Under the pieces are notes generated by a model. It was not told where the DNA came from and searched no databases. It saw nothing but the letters and a program-made list of their open reading frames with translations. Positions 30,410 to 40,472 of a stretch of 64,000 bases of DNA are shown here, one piece after another (the stretch's first letter is position 1; each line of letters begins with the position of its first letter). Source of the stretch: Pseudomonadota bacterium. Its GTDB lineage: Bacteria; Pseudomonadota; Gammaproteobacteria; Steroidobacterales; Rariloculaceae. The stretch covers positions 41,438 to 105,437 of the forward strand of contig JAYZFC010000007.1 in NCBI GenBank assembly GCA_036337035.1, in the 5' to 3' direction. Both the position numbers and the translations under genes were made by a program.

Positions 30410-30820
30410 ATGAAAAATATTGAATTATTTAAGCTAAAAGAGCTTAATATTGTAAAGAGAGGTGATGGAGTAGAGACAACTTTATTAGTTGGTGAGCCTA
30501 ATTGTGATGGCGCTGCTTTTACTTCAGGCATAACCCGTTTTCCAGCTGAAAAGAAAGTTCCTCTTCACCATCATAATTGTGATGAACAAGTCACTATTTT
30601 GGAAGGATTAGCAATTGTTGAGGCTGATGGAATTAAAACTCCACTCAAGCCTTACGATACAACTTATGTAAAAGCAGGCATTCCTCATAGGTTTATTAAT
30701 ATTGGTAAAGAGCCTCTTCTCATTTTATGGATATACAGCAAAAAGAATGTAACACGAACTTTTACAGAAACAGGGGAAACTGTTAAGCACCTATCTTCAT
30801 CAGATGTGGTATCTAAATAA
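30410..30820 (+). CDS. Cupin-domain protein
   Basis: 136 aa. The metal-ligand-like pattern PLHHHNCDEQVTILEG ... GIPHRF is typical of a single cupin barrel. Confidence 0.65.
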   Translation: MKNIELFKLKELNIVKRGDGVETTLLVGEPNCDGAAFTSGITRFPAEKKVPLHHHNCDEQVTILEGLAIVEADGIKTPLKPYDTTYVKAGIPHRFINIGKEPLLILWIYSKKNVTRTFTETGETVKHLSSSDVVSK

Positions 30821-31872
30821 TGTTTTTAACAACTTCAAGCAATTTAAAAGATTTTATATCTCGGTGCTTATCTTCTTGTTCTATCTCTAATAAAGAATCA
30901 AAAATTATTTCTGATTTAATGACTGAAGCTGATTTAAGAGGTGCAGATGGGCACGGAATTTTTAGATTACCTCAGTATGTAAAGCGAATAAGGGCAGGAG
31001 GGATTAATATCAACCCAAACATAAATATTGCCAAAGACCACGCATCTACTGCTTTAGTTGATGGTGATAATGGAATGGGACATCTTGTAATGCAATATGC
31101 TTCTGATTTAGCAGTTAAGAAAGCACTAAATACAGGTATTGGATGGGTAGGTGCTAACAATAGCAACCATGCTGGGCCTGCCTCTCTATATGCGAGCATT
31201 CCTATGAGTAGTGATATGATTGGAATTTATATTGCAGTTGGCAGTGCAAATCATTTGCCTCCATGGGGAGGCATAGATATGTTATTGAGTACTAACCCAA
31301 TAGCTATAGCTATTCCAGCTTTGAACGAAAAACCTATTATTTTAGATATGGCAACAACTGTTGCTGCATATGGGAAGGTTAAAATGGCTGCTGAAAAAGG
31401 TGAGAGCATACCTGAAGGTTGGATGATTGATAAATCAGGATATCCAATTACAGATCCTAAGAAATCATCAGAAGGTTTTTTGCTTCCTATTGGTGATTAT
31501 AAGGGTTATGGTCTTTCGCTAGTGTTTGGGATTTTAGCAGGAACTCTAAATAATGCAGCTTTGGGTAAAGATGTTATTAATTTTAATAGTGACTTTATTA
31601 CCCCAACAAATACTGGCCAATTAGTTATTGCGATATCAATAGATAGATTTACAGAGATAAACATTTTCAAAAGAAATATTGATAGCATTATTAGATCAAT
31701 GAAAGGATCTGCAACTTTGCCAGGTATTGATGAAATTAGGCTCCCTGGAGAGGGCAGCTGGAAAATAAGAGAAAATCGTAAGAAAAGTGGAATTCCTATC
31801 CATTTAGATTTAAAGAAAAAGTTAGATAAGTTAGCTAAAGAGCTTAAAGTTTTACCGCTATTATCAATTTAG
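30820..31872 (+). CDS. Ldh_2-family (malate/L-lactate/sulfolactate-type) NAD(P)H-dependent dehydrogenase
   Basis: 350 aa. ADLRGADGHGIFRLPQYV, NNSNHAGPAS and TTVAAYGKV motifs of the Ldh_2 family. The start overlaps the cupin stop (TAATG). Confidence 0.8.
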   Translation: MFLTTSSNLKDFISRCLSSCSISNKESKIISDLMTEADLRGADGHGIFRLPQYVKRIRAGGININPNINIAKDHASTALVDGDNGMGHLVMQYASDLAVKKALNTGIGWVGANNSNHAGPASLYASIPMSSDMIGIYIAVGSANHLPPWGGIDMLLSTNPIAIAIPALNEKPIILDMATTVAAYGKVKMAAEKGESIPEGWMIDKSGYPITDPKKSSEGFLLPIGDYKGYGLSLVFGILAGTLNNAALGKDVINFNSDFITPTNTGQLVIAISIDRFTEINIFKRNIDSIIRSMKGSATLPGIDEIRLPGEGSWKIRENRKKSGIPIHLDLKKKLDKLAKELKVLPLLSI

Positions 31873-31920
31873 AAGCATTTATAAGAACTTATAAGCATTT
31901 AGAAGCAATTAGAGCATTTT
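31871..31920. repeat. Five tandem degenerate 10-bp repeats between convergent gene ends
   Basis: agaagcattt / ataagaactt / ataagcattt / agaagcaatt / agagcatttt; consensus AKAAGCATTT with an exact 10-bp period. Confidence 0.6.
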
Positions 31921-31931
31921 AAATACTACTA

Positions 31932-32351
31932 CTACCATTCACCCCTATTCTCCATTGATAACCATGGTTCTTTTAGTGGTAGCGGATCTCCCTTTTGAAG
32001 TAATTCAATAGATATATTATCTGGTGACTTTATAAAGGCCATTTTTCCATCTCTTGGAGGCCGATTAATATTAACTCCTTCCTTAGTAAGTTTATCGCAT
32101 AAGGAATAAATGTTATCTACTTCATAAGCAATATGGCCAAAGTTTCTACCTTCACTATATTTTTCTGCTTCCCAATTATAAGTTAATTCCAGAGGGCAGT
32201 CTTCTTGTCCTTCAGGGGCAACAAAAATTAATGAGTATTTAAATTCTGGCCTATCTACTCTTTTTATTTGTTTTAGCCCTAATTTATTACAAAAGAAGTC
32301 TAGAGATTCTTCAATATTGGTAATTCTTATCATCGTGTGTAGATATTTCAT
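31932..32351 (-). CDS. gloA: Lactoylglutathione lyase (glyoxalase I)
   Basis: I prefer the Met at 32351 ([20 protein letters not shown]), collinear with the E. coli GloA N-terminus; GHIAYEVD metal-site motif. Confidence 0.9.
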   Translation of the reverse strand: MKYLHTMIRITNIEESLDFFCNKLGLKQIKRVDRPEFKYSLIFVAPEGQEDCPLELTYNWEAEKYSEGRNFGHIAYEVDNIYSLCDKLTKEGVNINRPPRDGKMAFIKSPDNISIELLQKGDPLPLKEPWLSMENRGEW

Positions 32352-32485
32352 TATTGCTCCGAAAAAATATTTTAATAAAACCATATATTAGCAATTTTAT
32401 GAACCTATTACCTTTAAGAAGAAATTTTTACTAAACCATGCGATAATGAAAAAATAAAAATTAAAAAAAAGAAGAGTATACTTAT

Positions 32486-33469
32486 ATGCCAAATTTTCAA
32501 GGGATTCCAATTATTACATCAGGTTTAAAGTATAGAACAGAGCATGGTTTTAATGCTATTAAAAATGGAATCAAAAAGAAATCAGAAAAAGTAGAGGTAA
32601 GCCTGAAAAAGCCTTCTTGGCTAAAGGCTAAGATACCTGGAGGGGAAGGTTTTAGTAAAGTTAAAAAAATAGTAGATAATCATTCATTGTCTACAGTCTG
32701 TGAAGAATCATTTTGTCCTAATATTGGTGAGTGCTGGGATAATGGTACAGCAACAATTATGTTAATGGGCTCGGTTTGTACAAGAGCATGTAAATTCTGT
32801 GCAGTGGATACAGGAAATCCTAATGGTTGGCTAGATTTAAATGAACCTCAGTTAGCTGCTAAGTCAGTAAAGCTAATGGATTTAAAGTATGTGGTTTTAA
32901 CTTCTGTAGATAGAGATGATCTTCAAGATGGTGGAGCACAGCATTATGCTAATTGTATTCAATCTATAAAAACTCTCTCGCCTCAAACTACTGTAGAGGC
33001 ATTAACTCCAGATTTTTCTGGAAGTCTTTCTTCATTAGAAGTTTTGCTAGATTCAGGATTAGAGGTATTTGCTCAAAATGTAGAAACAGTAAAAAGATTG
33101 ACACATTATGTTAGAGATATAAGAGCTAGCTATGAACAAACTTTAAGTTTGCTTTCAAATGCAAAGAAGATAAAACCAGATGTATTAACTAAAACTAGTT
33201 TAATGGTCGGTATAGGGGAAAAAGATTACGAAATAAAACAAACTTTAGAAGATTTAATTGAGGCTAATGTTGATATTGTGACAATTGGACAGTATTTAAG
33301 ACCTACAATTAATCACCTGCCAGTTGATAGGTATGTTAGCCCAGAAATTTTTCAGCATTATAGAAAATGGGGAATAGATTTAGGATTTTTAGAAATAGTA
33401 TCGGGACCGCTTGTTAGATCAAGTTATAGAGCAGATAGAGTTTTTGAAAAAAATAATGTAGGTTTATGA
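32486..33469 (+). CDS. lipA: Lipoyl synthase
   Basis: 327 aa. N-terminal cluster [12 protein letters not shown] and radical-SAM CTRACKFC. Confidence 0.96.
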   Translation: MPNFQGIPIITSGLKYRTEHGFNAIKNGIKKKSEKVEVSLKKPSWLKAKIPGGEGFSKVKKIVDNHSLSTVCEESFCPNIGECWDNGTATIMLMGSVCTRACKFCAVDTGNPNGWLDLNEPQLAAKSVKLMDLKYVVLTSVDRDDLQDGGAQHYANCIQSIKTLSPQTTVEALTPDFSGSLSSLEVLLDSGLEVFAQNVETVKRLTHYVRDIRASYEQTLSLLSNAKKIKPDVLTKTSLMVGIGEKDYEIKQTLEDLIEANVDIVTIGQYLRPTINHLPVDRYVSPEIFQHYRKWGIDLGFLEIVSGPLVRSSYRADRVFEKNNVGL

Positions 33470-33491
33470 TTTAATATACAAAGAGAGCATT

Positions 33492-34469
33492 ATGATAGAT
33501 TTTCTTTCCATTTATGGTATTTTTTTAGCTAAATTAATTACAGTTTTTATATTAGTTGTATTTGGTCTAATTTTAATTATCTCAAGCATGAAAAAGAATC
33601 CGAAGTCTGAGGGATTAAAAATAGAGAGCTTAAATAAAAGATATCAGGATCTAGAAGATTCCTTAAGGTTAATAGTCGATGGCTCTGAAAAATTCAAAAA
33701 GGATTCTAAGTTAAGGAAAAAGACAGATAAATTATTTTTAAAGAAAGGATCAAAAAAACCAAGAATTTTTGTTTTAGATTTTAAGGGAGATATAAGAGCT
33801 TCGGATACTGCTTCGCTAAGAGAAGAGGTATCAGCAATCCTTTCAATTGCTAATAAAAAAGATGAAGTTTTAGTTAGATTAGAGAACCCAGGAGGAACAG
33901 TTCATGAGCATGGATTAGCTGCTTCACAATTAATGAGGATTAGAGAAAAGGGGGTACGTTTAGTAATTTCTGTAGATAAGGTTGCTGCAAGTGGAGGCTA
34001 TTTAATGGCCTGTGTAGCAGACCATATAATAGCGGCTCCATTTGCTATTATTGGTTCAATTGGGGTCATAGCACAGATTCCAAATTTCAATAGATTGCTA
34101 GAAGAGAAGGGTATAGATTTTGAGCAAGTTACTGCTGGTAAGCATAAGAGGACTTTAACTATGTTTGGGAAGAATACTGATGCTGCTAGGGAGAAGATAA
34201 AGGAAGAATTAGAAGATGTTCATGATTTATTTAAAAATCAGATAGAAGAGTATCGACCTAATATTGATCTCGTCAAGGTTGCTACAGGAGAACATTGGTA
34301 CGGTATTAGAGCTTTGAATTTAAATTTGATTGATACAATAAAAACAAGCGATGATTATCTTATAGAAAGGTCAAAAAAGAGAGACTTGTATTTAGTATCC
34401 TATAAAAGGAAGAGCTCATTAAAGGATCGATTGTTAGGTGATGCAGAAAGTTTATTATCTAGATTTTAA
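33492..34469 (+). CDS. sohB: S49-family inner-membrane peptidase SohB
   Basis: 325 aa. N-terminal TM segment and the ClpP/S49 core VAASGGYLMACVADHIIAAP. Confidence 0.85.
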   Translation: MIDFLSIYGIFLAKLITVFILVVFGLILIISSMKKNPKSEGLKIESLNKRYQDLEDSLRLIVDGSEKFKKDSKLRKKTDKLFLKKGSKKPRIFVLDFKGDIRASDTASLREEVSAILSIANKKDEVLVRLENPGGTVHEHGLAASQLMRIREKGVRLVISVDKVAASGGYLMACVADHIIAAPFAIIGSIGVIAQIPNFNRLLEEKGIDFEQVTAGKHKRTLTMFGKNTDAAREKIKEELEDVHDLFKNQIEEYRPNIDLVKVATGEHWYGIRALNLNLIDTIKTSDDYLIERSKKRDLYLVSYKRKSSLKDRLLGDAESLLSRF

Positions 34470-34481
34470 TTACAAATAAAA

Positions 34482-35168
34482 ATGATACCTTTAAGTGATG
34501 ATAATCCAGCTTATTCTAGACCTTATGTAACTCTAATAATTTTATTTATATGTCTATTTATTTTTCTCATACAAATTTCTCTTCATGAAGTTAATGATAG
34601 AAATTTTATTTATGCACTAGGCTTTATACCTGCTGTAACTTTCGGACATGCAGAACTTCCTTCCGAGTTAGTGTGGATTCCTTCATCATTGACAATTTTT
34701 AGTTCAATGTTTCTTCATGGGGGCTTCTTCCATCTTGCAGGTAATATGCTGTATTTATGGATTTTTGCTGATAATGTTGAAGATCGAATGGGGCATAAAA
34801 ACTTCTTTATTTTCTATTTTCTTTGCGGGTTTGTTGCTGCTATGACTCAAGCGCTACCAGAAATTGGATCAACTATTCCTATGATTGGGGCTAGTGGAGC
34901 TGTTTCAGGTGTTTTAGGAGCATATGTTTTTCTTTACCCTAAGGCTAAAATACTTGTGGTTATCCCTTTTTTTATTTTTTATACTCTAAGACTACCTGCT
35001 TTTATTGTTTTAGGAGCTTGGTTTTTAGGTCAACTTATGAGCTCTTTTCAGGTCGATGATGGATCTGGAGGCATAGCTTTCAGAGCTCATATAGGGGGAT
35101 TTATAGCAGGAATTCTTCTGATTAGATTTTTTGTTAGCAAGAAAATAAAACATAGACATACTGTTTAA
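34482..35168 (+). CDS. Rhomboid-family intramembrane serine protease
   Basis: 228 aa, polytopic. HLAGNMLYLW, catalytic GASGAVSGVLGAY and AHIGGF motifs. Confidence 0.85.
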   Translation: MIPLSDDNPAYSRPYVTLIILFICLFIFLIQISLHEVNDRNFIYALGFIPAVTFGHAELPSELVWIPSSLTIFSSMFLHGGFFHLAGNMLYLWIFADNVEDRMGHKNFFIFYFLCGFVAAMTQALPEIGSTIPMIGASGAVSGVLGAYVFLYPKAKILVVIPFFIFYTLRLPAFIVLGAWFLGQLMSSFQVDDGSGGIAFRAHIGGFIAGILLIRFFVSKKIKHRHTV

Positions 35169-35183
35169 TTAGAGGGAGTAAAT

Positions 35184-36509
35184 ATGACTAGTTTAGCTGA
35201 TCGTTTATTTAATTTTAAAAAAAATGAGCTTACCTCGGTTCTATATGCTTCGTTATTATATTTTTGTATTTTATGCGGTTATTTTTTTCTAAGACCTGTA
35301 AGAGAGGCTATGGGCATTTCAGGAGGAATGGGGCAATTGAGATGGTTATTTATAATTACATCGTTTGTCTCTCTAGGTTTAGTATTAATTTTTAGCGGTA
35401 TAGTTAGCCAATTGAATAGGAGCAAGTTTATACCTATTGCCTACTCTTTTGTTATTTTCTGCCTCATCTGCTTTTCGGGGCTTTTATTTTATGATGCTAA
35501 TTCAGGTGGAGGGTTTATTGGGTCTAGTGTTGAAACTATTTTTGCTAGAAATATAGGCTATGTTTTCTTCGTATGGTTAAGCGTCATCAACCTTTTTGTT
35601 AATAGTCTTTTTTGGGCCTTTATGGTTGATATTTTTAATGTAGATCAAGGAAAGAGAATATTTGCATTTATTGGAATTGGTGGAACTTTAGGTGCGATTT
35701 TTGGTGCTTGGGCAACAGATATATTAAGTAGCATGAGCACTTCTTCATATCTTCCTGTAGTCCTAATGTTAATCGGCGCCTTATTTTTTTTCCTATCAAT
35801 AATAATTATGAAGAAGTTAGATAAATCAAATAAAGTCTCATCTTATTCTAATATTAATGATGATCATAAAACTAATAATCCAATTGGAGGAAGTTTTTCT
35901 GATGGCTTTTATGCAGTATTTTCTTCGCCATATCTACTAGGAATTGCTGCTTATATAGTTCTTATGGCTGTTTCTAATACTATGATCTATTTTACTGTTG
36001 CTCAAGGAGTTCTTGATAATAATGATACATTTAGTCAAAGAGTAGAAGGGTTCGCTCAATTTGATATGTTAGCTCAGATAGCTACTCTATTTACTCAGAT
36101 ATTTATAACTACTAGGATTATAAGAAAGATCGGAGTTGGGTGGACTTTATCTATTTTGCCATTAGTTACTATGGCTGGTTTTGTTGTTCTAGCTATTTGG
36201 CCCGTTTATGGATTAGTTGCAATATTCCAAGCATTACATAGAGCAACAAGATATGCTATTTCAAGACCAGCTAGAGAAACGCTATTTAGCGTAATTTCTC
36301 CTTCTGAAAAATATAAAGCCAAGCCTTTAATTGATGTTTTCCTTTATAGAGGCGGTGACGTAGCTGGAGCGGGAATTGATGGAATGTTAAGATCTTTAGG
36401 AGCTTCTTTAACATGGGTAGCTTCTGCCACAGTTCCTTTAGCAATAGCTTGGTGTTTCTTGTCAATTTCTTTGGGTAATGCTCAAAAAAAGAAAAATAAG
36501 AAACAATAA
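35184..36509 (+). CDS. Polytopic transporter, candidate Npt/TLC (ATP:ADP antiporter-like, MFS-fold) family
   Basis: 441 aa with about 12 hydrophobic segments. The N-terminal LYFCILCGYFFLRPVREAMG resembles the conserved start of free-living TLC/Npt-like transporters. Family assignment is from memory only. Confidence 0.55.
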   Translation: MTSLADRLFNFKKNELTSVLYASLLYFCILCGYFFLRPVREAMGISGGMGQLRWLFIITSFVSLGLVLIFSGIVSQLNRSKFIPIAYSFVIFCLICFSGLLFYDANSGGGFIGSSVETIFARNIGYVFFVWLSVINLFVNSLFWAFMVDIFNVDQGKRIFAFIGIGGTLGAIFGAWATDILSSMSTSSYLPVVLMLIGALFFFLSIIIMKKLDKSNKVSSYSNINDDHKTNNPIGGSFSDGFYAVFSSPYLLGIAAYIVLMAVSNTMIYFTVAQGVLDNNDTFSQRVEGFAQFDMLAQIATLFTQIFITTRIIRKIGVGWTLSILPLVTMAGFVVLAIWPVYGLVAIFQALHRATRYAISRPARETLFSVISPSEKYKAKPLIDVFLYRGGDVAGAGIDGMLRSLGASLTWVASATVPLAIAWCFLSISLGNAQKKKNKKQ

Positions 36510-36522
36510 TTTTTATTTTTTT

Positions 36523-37200
36523 ATGACTAGTAATTTAATCAATATAGATTGGAGCTCTATTGATAATATATTTGTTGATATGGATGGAACCATACTCGAT
36601 CTAGCTTTTGATAATTTTTTTTGGTTAGAGGCCATTCCAAAAAAATATGCAAATCAAAATAGAATAACTTTGGAAGAATCTAAAGCTATTCTTTTTCCAA
36701 ACTTTAAATCTAAAGAGGGATATTTAGAATGGTACTCTATTGATTATTGGTCTGAAGAGCTACAGCTAGATATATATTCTATAAAATGGGAGTATAAAAA
36801 TAGGATCAAGTATTTGCATAGAGCAAAAGATTTTTTAAAAATTTGTAAAGATATGAATAAAAATATTTTTCTAGTAACTAATGCACACCCAAGAACTTTA
36901 GAAATTAAAAATCATATGACATCAATTGAATTAATGGTTGATAGATCAATTAGCTCATTTGACTATTCTTTCCCAAAAGAAAATATAGAGTTTTGGAATA
37001 GTCTAAATAAAGATACTTATTTTGACCCATCCCGAACAATTTTTATCGATGATAATGAGGCAATGCTAAAATCAGCAAAAAATTTTGGTATTACAAATCT
37101 TTTAGGTATAAGAACTCCAGATTCTGGAAAGCCTGCTAATCATATATTGAATTTTAATTCAGTAGATGGCCTCTACGAAATTATAGATAAATACATTTAA
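36523..37200 (+). CDS. HAD-superfamily hydrolase (nucleotidase-like)
   Basis: I prefer the ATG at 36523 (MTSNLINIDWSSIDNIFVDMDGTILD, HAD motif I DxDGT); FIDDN motif near the C-terminus. Confidence 0.75.
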   Translation: MTSNLINIDWSSIDNIFVDMDGTILDLAFDNFFWLEAIPKKYANQNRITLEESKAILFPNFKSKEGYLEWYSIDYWSEELQLDIYSIKWEYKNRIKYLHRAKDFLKICKDMNKNIFLVTNAHPRTLEIKNHMTSIELMVDRSISSFDYSFPKENIEFWNSLNKDTYFDPSRTIFIDDNEAMLKSAKNFGITNLLGIRTPDSGKPANHILNFNSVDGLYEIIDKYI

Positions 37201-37392
37201 TTCTTGCAAAATTATGATTTACAGGTTACAAAGTAAATATCTAGTTTAGAAATTTCTCTTTTTTGTTCTCCTTTTATATATTTTGTGAGCTATTTATTAA
37301 GGTTTTTCTAAATTTTTTTGATCATAGGCTTGATCAATTCATCATTAGTTTATCCTTTTTAAAAAATGAGTTTTATATGGAGGTAATTTAAG

Positions 37393-37722
37393 TTGAGTAG
37401 TGATCTTATAGTGCATACGACCGATGACAATTTCGATTCAGATGTTATTAAATCTGATAAGCCCGTTCTTATAGATTTTTGGGCGGAATGGTGTGGCCCT
37501 TGTAAAATGATTGCCCCACTGCTAGATAATATTGCTGAAGATTATAAAGACCGTCTTAAGGTAGTTAAATTAAATATAGATGAGCATCAGAAGATTGCTC
37601 CAAAATATAATGTAAGGAGTATACCTACTCTCTTAATTATTAAAGATGGAGAAGTTGCTGGTCAGCAGATAGGCGCAGTTTCAAAAGCGCAATTAACAAA
37701 ACTTATAGAAGAAACTATATAA
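37393..37722 (+). CDS. trxA: Thioredoxin 1
   Basis: 109 aa. WAEWCGPCK active site; TTG start 8 nt after GGAGG; the trxA-rho adjacency is conserved. Confidence 0.96.
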   Translation: MSSDLIVHTTDDNFDSDVIKSDKPVLIDFWAEWCGPCKMIAPLLDNIAEDYKDRLKVVKLNIDEHQKIAPKYNVRSIPTLLIIKDGEVAGQQIGAVSKAQLTKLIEETI

Positions 37723-37742
37723 AATTTATATAAGGAGCATAC

Positions 37743-39182
37743 TTGGAAAATTCTAATAAACCTCACTCAAAAGATTATAAATCTCACTCAAAAGATTCAG
37801 GCAGGCCACCAAGAGATAAGAAAAAAAGAGGCCCTAGAAGAAAGAGACCTTATAGAGAAGAGTTTCCTGATGATGAAGCTTTTGAGATTATCCCAACAGA
37901 AGAACTTGAGTTGACAAAGAAGAATATGAATCTTTCTGAGTTAAAGACTAGGCCTATTGCTGATCTTCTAGAGACAGCGTCAAAAATGGGTATAGAAGGT
38001 TTAGCTAGATCAAGAAAACAAGATATTATTTTTTCAATCTTAAAATGCCATGCAAAAAATGGAGAAAATATTTTTGGTGAAGGTGTGCTTGAGATTTTAC
38101 AGGATGGCTTTGGTTTTCTGAGATCTCCAGATAGCTCCTATTTGGCTGGACCTGATGATATTTATATGTCACCAAGCCAGATAAGAAAATTTAACTTAAG
38201 AACTGGTGATACTGTATCAGGTTTGGTAAGGCCACCAAAAGATAATGAGCGATATTTTGCAATGCTTAAAGTTGGACAAATTAATTATGATTCTCCAGAT
38301 GCCATTAGAGGCAAGGCTCTTTTTGAGAATTTAACACCTCTTTTTCCTAAAGATAAGTTAGGTTTAGAGCAGGGAAATGGGAGCACGGAAGATTTAACAG
38401 CTAGAATTATTGACATGGTTTCACCTATAGGAAAAGGTCAGAGAGGTCTAATTGTTTCTCCCCCTAAAGCTGGTAAAACAATGTTGTTACAGAATGTAGC
38501 TGCCTCTATAGTTGAGAATCAGCCTGAATGTGAATTGATAGTCTTGCTCATTGATGAGCGACCAGAAGAGGTTACTGAAATGGAAAGGACGGTTAGAGGT
38601 GAAGTTGTTTCAAGTACTTTTGATGAGCCGGCAACACGTCATGTTCAGGTAGCAGAAATGGTTATTGCAAAAGCAAAGAGATTAACAGAGCATAAAAAAG
38701 ATGTAGTAATTTTATTAGATTCGATAACTAGACTCGCTCGAGCATATAATACTGTAGTTCCTTCCTCCGGAAAAGTTCTTACCGGGGGTGTTGATGCTAA
38801 TGCATTACAAAGGCCAAAAAGATTTTTTGGTGCTGCTAGAAACATAGAAGAGGGAGGCAGCTTAACAATTATTGCTACAGCACTTGTGGATACTGGTTCT
38901 AAAATGGATGATATTATTTATGAAGAATTCAAAGGCACTGGTAATTTAGAAGTTCACTTAGATAGAAGGATTGCAGAAAAAAGAGTCTTTCCTGCTATTA
39001 ATATTAATAAGTCTGGAACAAGAAAGGAAGACTTATTGATTGACGATGAAGAGCTTCAAAAGATTTGGGTTCTAAGGAAAGTATTGCACCCAATGGATGA
39101 GATAGCTGCAATTGAGTTTTTACTGAATAAAATGCAAGATTCAAAAACAAATTCAGATTTTTTTGAATCTATGAAGAGATAG
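37743..39182 (+). CDS. rho: Transcription termination factor Rho, with a 61-aa N-terminal extension
   Basis: The core from M62 ([14 protein letters not shown]...) is collinear with E. coli Rho, including Walker A PPKAGKT. The upstream 61 codons are open, with a TTG start 5 nt after AAGGAG. Alternative start ATG 37926. Confidence 0.93.
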   Translation: MENSNKPHSKDYKSHSKDSGRPPRDKKKRGPRRKRPYREEFPDDEAFEIIPTEELELTKKNMNLSELKTRPIADLLETASKMGIEGLARSRKQDIIFSILKCHAKNGENIFGEGVLEILQDGFGFLRSPDSSYLAGPDDIYMSPSQIRKFNLRTGDTVSGLVRPPKDNERYFAMLKVGQINYDSPDAIRGKALFENLTPLFPKDKLGLEQGNGSTEDLTARIIDMVSPIGKGQRGLIVSPPKAGKTMLLQNVAASIVENQPECELIVLLIDERPEEVTEMERTVRGEVVSSTFDEPATRHVQVAEMVIAKAKRLTEHKKDVVILLDSITRLARAYNTVVPSSGKVLTGGVDANALQRPKRFFGAARNIEEGGSLTIIATALVDTGSKMDDIIYEEFKGTGNLEVHLDRRIAEKRVFPAININKSGTRKEDLLIDDEELQKIWVLRKVLHPMDEIAAIEFLLNKMQDSKTNSDFFESMKR

Positions 39183-39187
39183 TTTGA

Positions 39188-40471
39188 CTAATTACTCTCT
39201 CTTTCTATAGCTCTATATCCAATATCATTTCTATAGAAGGAATCTTTCCATTTTATTTTTTTTACTAATCGATAAGCTTTTTTCTGAGCGCTAGATACAT
39301 TGTCCCCTAAAGTTGTTATACATAGCACTCTTCCACCATTTGTTATTGTCTTACTGTTGCTTATCTTTGTTCCAGCATGAAAAATTTTTGTATCGCTAGT
39401 TTGATTCTGGTTTAGCCCAGATATTTCATAGCCAGATTTATATTTTTCAGGATAACCCCCACTAGCCATCACAACACCTAGGGAGCTCATAGGATCCCAA
39501 ATAGTTTTAGATGTGCCAAGCTTTCCTTCAAACGATTTCATACAAAGTGAAACAATATCTGATTTCATTCTTAAAAGAATTGGCTGGGTTTCTGGATCAC
39601 CTAAACGGCAATTAAATTCTATTACTTTAGGCTGATCATTACTGATTATAAGGCCCGCATAAAGAAATCCTCTATAATAAATTCCTTCTTTTTGTAGCCC
39701 TTGAATAGTAGGTCTCATAATCTCATTCATTATTTTGTTATGAATAGTTTCTGTAATTATAGGTGCAGGAGAATAAGCTCCCATACCTCCTGTATTAGGG
39801 CCTAAATCTCCATCATCTCTAGTTTTATGATCTTGTGAGGATGCAAGTGGTAAGATATCCTTGCCATCTACCATTGCTATAAAGCTTGCCTCTTCGCCTC
39901 GCAAAAACTCCTCTATAACAATTTTTTTTCCTGCTTCACCAAATTTGCTGCTATTTAGCATTTCCTTAATTACTTTTTCTGCATAAGTTTTTTCATTCGC
40001 TATGATAACGCCTTTTCCTGCAGCTAGCCCATCTGCTTTAATTACAGCTGGAAAACCTATTAGATCTAAGAATTTGATAGCTGATTCAGAATCTTGGAAG
40101 GATCGATAATTTGCAGTTGGTATATTGTTTTTAAATAAGAGTTCTTTAGTAAAAGTTTTTGATCCTTCAAGACGAGCTGCTTTAGAGTTAGGGCCAAAAC
40201 AAAGCAATCCCTTTTCTTCGAAATGATCTACTATTCCATCCACTAAAAATTGCTCAGGACCAACAATAGTTAATTGCACATTTTCAGATTTAGCTAAATG
40301 AGATAATGATTCTTTATCATAACTTGATAGAGATATATTTCTTACTTTAGGTTCATTGAGTGTTCCAGCATTACCAGGGGCTACCAATACTTTTGATACA
40401 AGACTAGATTGAGCAGCTTTCCAAGCAAGGGCATGTTCTCTTCCTCCATTACCTATAATTAGAACATTCAT
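39188..40471 (-). CDS. purD: Phosphoribosylamine-glycine ligase
   Basis: 427 aa. MNVLIIGNGGREHALAWK N-terminus and ATP-grasp core. Confidence 0.96.
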   Translation of the reverse strand: MNVLIIGNGGREHALAWKAAQSSLVSKVLVAPGNAGTLNEPKVRNISLSSYDKESLSHLAKSENVQLTIVGPEQFLVDGIVDHFEEKGLLCFGPNSKAARLEGSKTFTKELLFKNNIPTANYRSFQDSESAIKFLDLIGFPAVIKADGLAAGKGVIIANEKTYAEKVIKEMLNSSKFGEAGKKIVIEEFLRGEEASFIAMVDGKDILPLASSQDHKTRDDGDLGPNTGGMGAYSPAPIITETIHNKIMNEIMRPTIQGLQKEGIYYRGFLYAGLIISNDQPKVIEFNCRLGDPETQPILLRMKSDIVSLCMKSFEGKLGTSKTIWDPMSSLGVVMASGGYPEKYKSGYEISGLNQNQTSDTKIFHAGTKISNSKTITNGGRVLCITTLGDNVSSAQKKAYRLVKKIKWKDSFYRNDIGYRAIERESN

Positions 40472-40472
40472 T

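Noticed and set aside
30301-30531. 76-aa minus-strand ORF spanning the mlaF/cupin spacer and the start of the cupin gene
   Set aside because: It overlaps the better-supported cupin gene and has no RBS or recognisable motif. It looks like an AT-rich chance ORF.
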